DNA of 64,000 bases from an uncultured Acidobacteriota bacterium (GTDB taxonomy: Bacteria > Acidobacteriota > JAQAZP01), in the NCBI GenBank assembly GCA_963836075.1, contig CAWIIB010000009.1, positions 640,001 through 704,000 on the forward strand, in the 5' to 3' direction. Below, piece by piece: positions 50,386-58,326 of this stretch. Position 1 is the stretch's first letter. Each line of letters opens with the position of its first letter. Both the position numbers and the translations under genes were made by a program. Under the pieces are notes generated by a model, which was not told the DNA's origin, made no database searches, and worked only from the letters and a program-made list of their open reading frames with translations.

Positions 50386-52242
50386 ATGAAACGAGCGACC
50401 ATCATCCTCTCCATCGCCCTGATGCTGCCGGCCGTCGTCCAGCCGCCGGCTTCCGCCTGCACCAACTTCCTGATCACCAGGGGGGCCAGCGCCGACGGGT
50501 CGACCATGATCACCTACGCCGCCGACTCGCACGTGCTCTACGGCGAACTCTATTTCACGCCGGCCGGCAGGCACGCTCCGGGCACCATGCTCGACGTGTA
50601 TGAATGGGACACCGGGAAGTATCTGGGCCAGATCACCCAGGCGCCGGTCACCTACACCGCGGTGGGCAACATCAACGAGCACCAGGTGGCCGTGGGTGAA
50701 ACTACCTGGGGTGGTCGCTCCGAGCTGCACGACCCCGAGGCAAAGGTGGACTACGGCAGCCTGATGTATCTCGCTCTGCAGCGGGCAAAGACGGCCCGCG
50801 AAGCCATAGAGGTGATGACCGGCCTGGTGGCCGAATACGGCTACTACAGCTCCGGCGAGACCTTCTCCATCTCCGATCCCAACGAAGTCTGGATCATGGA
50901 CATGATCGGCAAGGGGCCGGGCAACACCGGCGCCGTCTGGGTGGCCCGCAAGGTGCCCGACGGCTACATCTCGGCCCACGCCAACGCCGCCCGGATCCGC
51001 CAGTTCCCGCAGAACGACCCCGAGACCCTCTTCGCCCCGGACACCATCTCCTTTGCCCGGGACAAGGGCTGGTTCGACGGCGACGATGCCGACTTCAACT
51101 TCGCCGAAACCTACTCGCCCCCCGACTACGGCGCCAACCGCTTCTGCGACGCCCGGGTCTGGTGCATGTTCAACCGCGCCCGCCCCTCGGAGATGCTGCC
51201 TTCCGACTGGGTCACCGGCCAGGACGGCGCCGAGCCGCTACCGCTCTGGATCAAGCCGGACAAGAAACTCACCGTGGCCGACGTGCTGGGCTACATGCGC
51301 GACCACTTCGAAGGCACCGAGCTGGACATGACCACCGACATCGGCGCCGGGCCCTACGAGCTGCCCTACCGCTGGCGGCCGCTGGTCTGGAAGGCCGGCG
51401 ACAAGATGTACTTCAACGAGCGGGCCACCTCGACCCAGCAGACCGGCTTCTCCTTCCTGGCCCAGGGCCGCTCCTGGCTGCCCGACCCCATCGGCGGCAT
51501 CCTCTGGTTCAGCGTGGACGACGCCTTCAGCACGGTCTACTTCCCGGTCTACTGCGGTGTCACCGAAGTGCCGCACAACTTCGCCGTTGGCACCGGCTCC
51601 TGGAACGAGTTCAGCTGGGACTCGGCCTTCTGGGTCTTCAACTGGGTCTCCAACTACGCCTACCTGCGCTACAACGTGATGATCAAGGACATCCAGGTGG
51701 TTCAGCAGCAGCTGGAAGGGCAGTACATGGCCGAGGTCCCGGAAGTGGACGCCGCGGCGGCCGTGCTCTACCAGCAGGCGCCGAAGCTGGCCCGCGACTA
51801 CCTGACCAGCTACACCGTCGGCACCGGCGAAGCGCTGGTCAAACGGTGGAAACAGCTGGGCGAGGACCTTCTCTTCAAGTATCTCGACGGCAACACCAAG
51901 GACGCCCAGGGCAAGGTGACCCACACCGGCTATCCCGAATCGTGGTATCAGAAGCTGGCCGAGGCCACCGGCAGCAAACTGGAGATGATCCAGCTGGCGC
52001 CCGAGAAAGCGGCGGCGGAGAAAGCCGAAGCCGAGGCCCAGGCACAGCGCGAAGGGATCCGCACGGCGATCTACACCCTGCTGGAGTCGCGGGGCATCAC
52101 AGCCGATGACGCGGCAAAGGAAAAGATCGACACCACCGAGGACCTGGAGAAGCTGGGCATGGCGCTGGTCAACGCGGCAACCGCCGAGGACGCCGCCCAC
52201 CTGGTGCCCGAGGGCCCGTCGGCGCCGGCTGACACGCACTGA
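50386..52242 (+). CDS. Peptidase C69 family dipeptidase (Ntn hydrolase) with extra C-terminal helical tail
   Basis: Signal peptide then catalytic N-terminal Cys (ASA|CTNF), YAADSH, NEHQVAVGETT, SAFWVFNWV. Confidence 0.9.
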   Translation: MKRATIILSIALMLPAVVQPPASACTNFLITRGASADGSTMITYAADSHVLYGELYFTPAGRHAPGTMLDVYEWDTGKYLGQITQAPVTYTAVGNINEHQVAVGETTWGGRSELHDPEAKVDYGSLMYLALQRAKTAREAIEVMTGLVAEYGYYSSGETFSISDPNEVWIMDMIGKGPGNTGAVWVARKVPDGYISAHANAARIRQFPQNDPETLFAPDTISFARDKGWFDGDDADFNFAETYSPPDYGANRFCDARVWCMFNRARPSEMLPSDWVTGQDGAEPLPLWIKPDKKLTVADVLGYMRDHFEGTELDMTTDIGAGPYELPYRWRPLVWKAGDKMYFNERATSTQQTGFSFLAQGRSWLPDPIGGILWFSVDDAFSTVYFPVYCGVTEVPHNFAVGTGSWNEFSWDSAFWVFNWVSNYAYLRYNVMIKDIQVVQQQLEGQYMAEVPEVDAAAAVLYQQAPKLARDYLTSYTVGTGEALVKRWKQLGEDLLFKYLDGNTKDAQGKVTHTGYPESWYQKLAEATGSKLEMIQLAPEKAAAEKAEAEAQAQREGIRTAIYTLLESRGITADDAAKEKIDTTEDLEKLGMALVNAATAEDAAHLVPEGPSAPADTH

Positions 52243-52267
52243 GCGAGCCCGGGGAGGACTGCACGAG

Positions 52268-52807
52268 TTGAACGGTTCGGACCAAGTTCTCTACAGGGAG
52301 ACGCAACGATTCACCCAATGGTGGATCTGGGTCCTGGTGCTGGGGATCGCGGGCTTGATGTGGTACGGAGCCGTTCAGCAGCTGCTGTTCGGCATCCCCT
52401 TCGGAGGCAATCCCGCGCCCGATCCGTTGATGTGGATCCTCCTCCTGGTCTTCGGCGTCGGCATGCCGTTGTTGATGTACGCCCTGAACCTCAAAACCGA
52501 AGTTCGTCCCGATGGTCTCTATCTCCGGATATTCCCCCTGCACCGGCGATACCAGGTCATCCAGTGGCAGGAGATCGAGCGGTTCTACCCGCGGACGTAC
52601 CGACCCATCCGGGAGTACGGCGGGTGGGGGATCCGCTACGGGTTGAGCGGCAAGGCTTACAACATCAAAGGAATCCAAGGCCTTCAACTGGAATTGAACG
52701 GGGGGAACCGTCTCCTGGTGGGGTCCGCCGATCCAGAGTCCCTGGTTCAGGCGATCGCCTCGGCATCGGGATTGTCCTCCCATGATCCGGGGGAGTCCGG
52801 CTCATAA
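52268..52807 (+). CDS. DUF6141-like membrane protein
   Basis: QRFTQWWIW, two TMs, YRPIREYGGWGIR...AYNIKG; start codon uncertain. Confidence 0.75.
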   Translation: MNGSDQVLYRETQRFTQWWIWVLVLGIAGLMWYGAVQQLLFGIPFGGNPAPDPLMWILLLVFGVGMPLLMYALNLKTEVRPDGLYLRIFPLHRRYQVIQWQEIERFYPRTYRPIREYGGWGIRYGLSGKAYNIKGIQGLQLELNGGNRLLVGSADPESLVQAIASASGLSSHDPGESGS

Positions 52808-52876
52808 ACCTGACCCGGCGGCGCTGCTAACCGAGCACCACCAACAGCCCCCGGAAAAGGGGGCCGTTTCATGTAC

Positions 52877-52931
52877 ATGACAGGATTGTCATCTCGGGGG
52901 ACGTGTGCGGTTCAGAATAATCGAGTAGTAT
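52877..52931 (+). promoter_or_regulatory. CusR/CopR-type box ATGACA-ggat-TGTCAT + TTCAG + -10 TAGTAT
   Basis: Copy 1 of four identically spaced promoters; -10 ends 7 nt before ATG 52939. Confidence 0.8.
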
Positions 52932-52938
52932 TTCATCC

Positions 52939-53613
52939 ATGAACGTGCTGATTATCGAAGATGACCGCAAGATCGCCTCCTTCGCGAAAAAGGGCCTGGA
53001 GGAGCAGGGCTTTACAGTGACGGTCTGCCGCGATGGCGACGAAGGGTGTGAGCTGGCCACCGGCCTCGCCTGGGATGCCGTCATCCTCGACATCATGCTC
53101 CCCGGCCGCGACGGGCTGAGCATCCTGCGCACCCTGCGTGACGCGGGCAACACAGTGCCGGTGATCCTGGTCACCGCCCGTTCCGGTCTGGACGAGCGTG
53201 TGGAAGGCCTCAATCTCGGCGCCGACGACTACCTGGCCAAGCCTTTCTACATCGAAGAACTGGTGGCCCGGGTCCACGCGGTGACCCGCCGCGCCTCGGG
53301 GGAGAAACTGAGCGTGCTCCAGTCGGGCGACCTGGTGGTCAACCTGATCACCCGCGAGGTGCGCCGGGGAGAAGAGGCGGTGGAGCTCACCGCCCGGGAG
53401 TTCAGCCTGCTGGAAATGCTGCTCCGCTCGCCGGGCCGGGTCTTCACCCGCACCCGCATCCTGGAACACGTCTGGGGCTATGACTTCGACCCGGAGACCA
53501 ACCTGGTGGACGTCTACATCCGCCGGGTGCGGAAAAAAGTGGACACCGACCCCGAACACCTGCTGATCGAGACCGTGCGCGGGGTGGGCTACCGGCTGCG
53601 CAAGGAGGACTGA
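52939..53613 (+). CDS. OmpR-family response regulator (CusR/CzcR-like)
   Basis: LIIEDD, LDIMLPGRDG, GLNLGADDYLAKPF, LTAREF, TNLVDVYIRRVRKKVD, TVRGVGY. Confidence 0.95.
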   Translation: MNVLIIEDDRKIASFAKKGLEEQGFTVTVCRDGDEGCELATGLAWDAVILDIMLPGRDGLSILRTLRDAGNTVPVILVTARSGLDERVEGLNLGADDYLAKPFYIEELVARVHAVTRRASGEKLSVLQSGDLVVNLITREVRRGEEAVELTAREFSLLEMLLRSPGRVFTRTRILEHVWGYDFDPETNLVDVYIRRVRKKVDTDPEHLLIETVRGVGYRLRKED

Positions 53614-55095
53614 ATGCGCATCCTCTCCTTCCGCACCCGCATCGCCCTGCTCTCCCTGCTCATTTCCGGCGCGGTGCTGGTGGCCTTCGGCTTCTCCTTC
53701 CTGCGGGTCATCCAAAAGGTGGGCCTCGACCGGGTGGACAATGAACTCAGTTCCCTCGCCGAAAGCCAGCTCCGTGGTCACCACCCCCCGGAACACTGGG
53801 AACTGTTTGACCAGTCACTGGGTGATATCTACGGAGAGGAACAGCGGGAGCAGCGGATCATTCTCCTCGAGGACGACAGCGGACAGGAGCTCTACCGATC
53901 ACCCCACTGGCCGGAAGGACTTCTGCTCCCCGACTTTCCACCCCTGGAATACCCGAACCCTCCGCCGACATCATCTCTGAGGCCTGGTGGTCCACCACCG
54001 GGACGTGGAGGACCGCCCCTTGGGCCCGGTGGCCCGCCAAGGGAGCACCAGCCGCCCAGTTTCCCGCAATTCCGTTCCATCACCGCCGGGGACAGTACCT
54101 ATCGTGTCTGCCGGATGGGCAACCAGCGCACCACCCTCACCATCGGCCTCGACCTGGCGGCGCACCGGGCGGAGACGAATCGCTTCCGCAATACCTTTTT
54201 CACCGCCGCCCTGGTGGCGCTCCTCCTCCTGGCCCTGGGTGGCTGGATCCTCGCCCGGCAGGCCCTGGCCCCGGTTGCCGCAATCACCGCCACCGCCAGC
54301 AAGGTCACCGCCCGGGGGCTGGACCAGCGGATTCCGCAGCGGGAGGCCGATGTGGAGTTCGAGCGGCTGACCGAGGTGATCAACAGCATGCTCGGCCGGC
54401 TGGAGCGAAGTTTCCAGCAGGCAGCGCGGTTCAGTGCCGACGCGGCCCACGAGTTGAAGACACCGCTGACCATCCTGCAGGGCGAGCTGGACCAGGCGCT
54501 GCAAAGTGCCGAACCGGGATCAGGGGACCAGCAGCGGTTCGGCGACCTGCTGGAGGAAGTCCAGCGCCTGAAGGCCATCGTGAAAAAACTGCTCATTCTT
54601 TCCCAGGCCGACGCCGGCGAGCTGAACCTCTCTCTCGAGCCGATTGACATCAGCCGGGAGTTGAGCGCCACCGCCGAAGACCTGGAAATCGTCGCCCCCT
54701 CGCTCGAGGTCCACAAGGACCTGCCGCCGGGCATCAAGATCAATGCCGATCCCGATCTCCTGCGCCAGGTGATCAGCAACCTGGTCAGCAATGCGGTGAA
54801 GTACAACCGGGAGGGGGGCTGGATCGAGATGCGCCTGGAGCAGGATGGGACATCGGCCTCGTTCACCATCTCCAACAGCGGCGACGCCATCCCCTCCGCG
54901 GACCGGGAGCTGATCTTCCATCGCTTCCACCGGGTCGATCCGGCGCGGAGTAAGGTCGTGGAAGGCACCGGCCTCGGCCTCAGCCTGGCCCACGAGATCG
55001 CCCGGGCTCACGGCGGCGACCTGGTCCTCTCAGCCGACGCAGAGGACCGGTCCACATTCATCCTCACCCTGCCGCTGGCCCGGACAGCAAACTGA
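53614..55095 (+). CDS. HAMP sensor histidine kinase (CusS/CzcS-like) with Pro/Gly-rich periplasmic insert
   Basis: Two TMs, FSADAAHELKTPL, NLVSNAVKY, FHRFHRVD, GTGLGLS. Confidence 0.93.
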   Translation: MRILSFRTRIALLSLLISGAVLVAFGFSFLRVIQKVGLDRVDNELSSLAESQLRGHHPPEHWELFDQSLGDIYGEEQREQRIILLEDDSGQELYRSPHWPEGLLLPDFPPLEYPNPPPTSSLRPGGPPPGRGGPPLGPGGPPREHQPPSFPQFRSITAGDSTYRVCRMGNQRTTLTIGLDLAAHRAETNRFRNTFFTAALVALLLLALGGWILARQALAPVAAITATASKVTARGLDQRIPQREADVEFERLTEVINSMLGRLERSFQQAARFSADAAHELKTPLTILQGELDQALQSAEPGSGDQQRFGDLLEEVQRLKAIVKKLLILSQADAGELNLSLEPIDISRELSATAEDLEIVAPSLEVHKDLPPGIKINADPDLLRQVISNLVSNAVKYNREGGWIEMRLEQDGTSASFTISNSGDAIPSADRELIFHRFHRVDPARSKVVEGTGLGLSLAHEIARAHGGDLVLSADAEDRSTFILTLPLARTAN

Positions 55096-55115
55096 CCCTC
55101 CCGACACGATTCAGG

Positions 55116-55170
55116 ATGACAGCATTGTCATTCCACCAGCCACCGCACGTTCATTCCCTGCCCGTATAGT
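55116..55170 (+). promoter_or_regulatory. Box ATGACA-gcat-TGTCAT + TTCAT + -10 TATAGT
   Basis: Copy 2, upstream of the ferredoxin operon. Confidence 0.8.
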
Positions 55171-55399
55171 GATGATGTAAGAAAAAACCTAATGACACGG
55201 ACCAGCGGGGGCAAAGAACATGAACAATCCATACGTCATCGCACTGATTGCACTGATCGCACTGTATGCCGTCCTGTCGGCGGCATAGGAAGGGCCGGTT
55301 TTCCGGCCTCGGGGGCTGGACCGGATTCTCCCGGGCTCCTGGAGGAGAACGCCGGGAGCCGGTTCGGCCCCCGGAAAGGGAAACGGGAAAGGACGAACA

Positions 55400-55615
55400 A
55401 TGGCCATCGAACGCATAGACGGATGCATCGGCTGCGGAACCTGCGTAAAAACCTGTCCGACGGATGTGATTCGCACGGACCCTGATACCGGGAAGGCAGT
55501 AATAACGTATCCGGCCGATTGTCAGATCTGTCACCTCTGCCGGATGTACTGCCCGGTCGATGCCATCACCATCACACCGGAGAAGTCCATCCCGGTGGTG
55601 GTCTCGTGGGGCTAG
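55400..55615 (+). CDS. 2x[4Fe-4S] ferredoxin (AprB-like)
   Basis: CIGCGTCVKTCP and CQICHLCRMYCP. Confidence 0.92.
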   Translation: MAIERIDGCIGCGTCVKTCPTDVIRTDPDTGKAVITYPADCQICHLCRMYCPVDAITITPEKSIPVVVSWG

Positions 55616-55617
55616 TC

Positions 55618-56259
55618 ATGAGAAGTCAAACCAAGAGAAACTACCTTATCCCTGAAGCCCTGGCATTCATGGGCCTGCCCCTGCTGCTCTGGGCCATGGG
55701 AAACGTCCCCCGTCGCACCATGCTCAAGGAGACCTTTTCCCTGCTGTTCATCCTGGCCTTCAGCCAGATGCTGGGGCAGTTCTATCTGTCCCGGGGCGGC
55801 AGGAATCTCTTCAGCGGCCCGACGATGGGTTCGACGATCAAGATTCACAAGATCGTCGGCTACACGGTTACCACCATGCTCCTCGTCCACCCGGTGCTGA
55901 TCGTCGTGCCGCGGTACTTCGAATCGGGGATCACCCCGCTCGATGCCTTCGTCACCATTGTCACGACCTTCGACAGCAGGGGGGTCGTCCTGGGCATCAT
56001 CGCCTGGAGCCTGATGATCACCCTGGGCATCACCTCCCTCATTCGCAACAGGCTGCCCATGACGTACAAAACATGGCGGCTGGTCCACGGGATACTCTCC
56101 GCCCTGTTCATCTCAGTGGCGGCCTGGCACGCAATCGATCTGGGACGTCACACCGACCGGGCCATGTCCATCTACATGATGGTTCTGGCCGCGGGCGGCC
56201 TCTTGCTCCTGACGAGATCCATCATCAACGGAAATAAACTGAAAACGGGGGACAGATAA
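55618..56259 (+). CDS. Ferric-reductase-like transmembrane heme b protein
   Basis: About 6 TMs; HKIVG...VHP and WRLVHG...WH His pairs. Confidence 0.8.
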   Translation: MRSQTKRNYLIPEALAFMGLPLLLWAMGNVPRRTMLKETFSLLFILAFSQMLGQFYLSRGGRNLFSGPTMGSTIKIHKIVGYTVTTMLLVHPVLIVVPRYFESGITPLDAFVTIVTTFDSRGVVLGIIAWSLMITLGITSLIRNRLPMTYKTWRLVHGILSALFISVAAWHAIDLGRHTDRAMSIYMMVLAAGGLLLLTRSIINGNKLKTGDR

Positions 56260-58059
56260 ATGAAAAACTCTAATGGATCCAGAAAGATGTCCCGCCGTAA
56301 TTTCATGGCCCTGACCGGCGGCGCCGCCGGGTTGGCCACCCTGGCCTCGATGGGGGTTTCCACCGGCTGGTCGTCGAATACGGCGGCAATTGATCCCGAC
56401 ACGTTGAAGCGAGTGGAAAACGAAACCGATGTCCTCGTCGTCGGCGGAGGGATTGCCGGGCTGTTCGCAGCGGTCAAGGCACACGATGCGGGCGCCAGGG
56501 TGCTGCTGGTTTCCAAGGGACGCCTCGGTTCGTCCGGCCAGACGCCCTTTGCCCGGGGCATCTTCGCCTATGACCCGGCCACGTCGGAGATGAGCCTTGA
56601 CGAATTCACGGCAGCCGTCTCCCGTTCCGCCCTGGGAACGAACAACCCGGTCTATACCCGGCAGATGGCCGAGCACTCTCTGGCCCGGGTCAACGAGCTC
56701 CGGGAATGGGGGTTCTTCGAGTCACCGCTCTACAACTCGTCCTTCAGCAAACCGATCACCCAGCGGAAAATCCCGGTCATCGAGCGGGTGGTTATCACCC
56801 ACCTGATCAAGGAGAAGGGCCGGATGGCCGGTGCCGCCGGTTTCAGCCTGGATGAGCAGACAGTCACCCTGTTCAAGGCCAGAAGCGTCATCCTCTGCAC
56901 CGGGGCGGGCGGATTCAAACCCAGCGGGTTCCCGATCTGCGACCTGACCCACGACGGCACAGCCATGGCCTACCGCATCGGCGCCAGGGTCACGGGCAAG
57001 GAATGGAACGACGGGCACGGCGGCCGTGCCGAGAACCCGGCGGCCTGCTACGACGGCTGGCAGGGCGTGCTGGAGCAGAATCCAGGCGTCACCGGCATCG
57101 GGATTCGTCACGACCTGGGAGTCGATGAGAACTACACCGCGTACATGACCGGCAACCCGGTCGTGCAGGGACCTCCAGGAAGAAACGGCGGTGAAAAACC
57201 AGCCGGCGGGCCCTATGTCCCGGAAGAGTTCCAACGAAGCGGCCCTCCCGGGGGTGGCGGACCTCCTGGCGACGAAGGCCCTCCGGGCGGCGGCAGGCCC
57301 CCCGGCGGCGAGGGCCCTCCGGGCGGCGGACCTCCCGGCGGAGACCGGAAAGGTGGTGGCCCCCCCGGCGGCGGGCGCGGTCCTTCAGTCGGCGGATCCT
57401 CGGCCGGCATGTCGATCCACAAGGCCGAGGGACTGGTCCCGATCAACGAAAAATGCGAGTCGGACATCCCGGGTCTGTACGCCGCGGGTGACGCACTGGG
57501 TTCATACATGGCCGGCGCCATCTACACCCAGATCGGCTCCTCCCTGGCCGGATCTGCCGTCCAGGGCGCCATCGCCGCGGAGGCCGCCGCGGAATACTGC
57601 AAAAGCGTTGAAATGCTGACAATTCCGGAAGCCAGGGCCCGCGCGGTGGAAGGAGAGATCCTCGCACCGCTGAAGAGGACTTCCGGCTACGGCCCGGCCT
57701 GGGTCACCCAGACGCTGCAGGGGATCATGATCCCGAACTTCGTCATCTACATCAAGAAGGAGAGCATCCTGAAGGCGGCCCTGGCCTACATCGAGGAACT
57801 CCGTGACCACCACATGCCGCTGCTCCGGGCCGCCGACCTGCACGAACTGCGGCTGGCCCACGAGACCGCCAACATGATCGTCAACGCCGAGATGAAGCTC
57901 AAGGCCTCCCTCATGCGCAAGGAGAGCCGCTGCAGTCACTACCGGCTGGACTACCCCGAACGAGACGAGGAGAACTGGAAGGCCTGGATCAATATCCGCC
58001 AGGGGTCCGACGGCAGCATGCAGCTGGAAAAGCAGCCGTTCGGCAGCTGGCCGGCATAG
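56260..58059 (+). CDS. Tat-exported FAD-binding oxidoreductase (SdhA/NadB/AprA superfamily) with Gly/Pro-rich insert
   Basis: SRRNFM Tat motif; DVLVVGGGIAG; THDG; IPGLYAAGD; RKESRCSHYRLDYP. Confidence 0.85.
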   Translation: MKNSNGSRKMSRRNFMALTGGAAGLATLASMGVSTGWSSNTAAIDPDTLKRVENETDVLVVGGGIAGLFAAVKAHDAGARVLLVSKGRLGSSGQTPFARGIFAYDPATSEMSLDEFTAAVSRSALGTNNPVYTRQMAEHSLARVNELREWGFFESPLYNSSFSKPITQRKIPVIERVVITHLIKEKGRMAGAAGFSLDEQTVTLFKARSVILCTGAGGFKPSGFPICDLTHDGTAMAYRIGARVTGKEWNDGHGGRAENPAACYDGWQGVLEQNPGVTGIGIRHDLGVDENYTAYMTGNPVVQGPPGRNGGEKPAGGPYVPEEFQRSGPPGGGGPPGDEGPPGGGRPPGGEGPPGGGPPGGDRKGGGPPGGGRGPSVGGSSAGMSIHKAEGLVPINEKCESDIPGLYAAGDALGSYMAGAIYTQIGSSLAGSAVQGAIAAEAAAEYCKSVEMLTIPEARARAVEGEILAPLKRTSGYGPAWVTQTLQGIMIPNFVIYIKKESILKAALAYIEELRDHHMPLLRAADLHELRLAHETANMIVNAEMKLKASLMRKESRCSHYRLDYPERDEENWKAWINIRQGSDGSMQLEKQPFGSWPA

Positions 58060-58108
58060 AAGAATATGTTTAGTACCCCGGCAGTGAGCCGTGACACCAA
58101 CTGGTCAG

Positions 58109-58163
58109 ATGACAGTATTGTCATTTGCCCGCCAGGGCGTTTTTCATGTTTAATCCGCATAAT
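58109..58163 (+). promoter_or_regulatory. Box ATGACA-gtat-TGTCAT + TTCAT + -10 CATAAT
   Basis: Copy 3, upstream of the CotH gene. Confidence 0.8.
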
Positions 58164-58326
58164 TCATGAGGAAGCGGCGAGATTTTGTCGAGGAAACCGC
58201 TTCGCACAGTGGCCAACCGCCCCGTTTCGACCCGGGACGATGCTATATCAGCAGCCGCACGGTAACCCGAGCGCACCATGAGGTTCCATAGTTTCTCAAT
58301 TACCCATCCCTGAAAGGACTTGAAAG

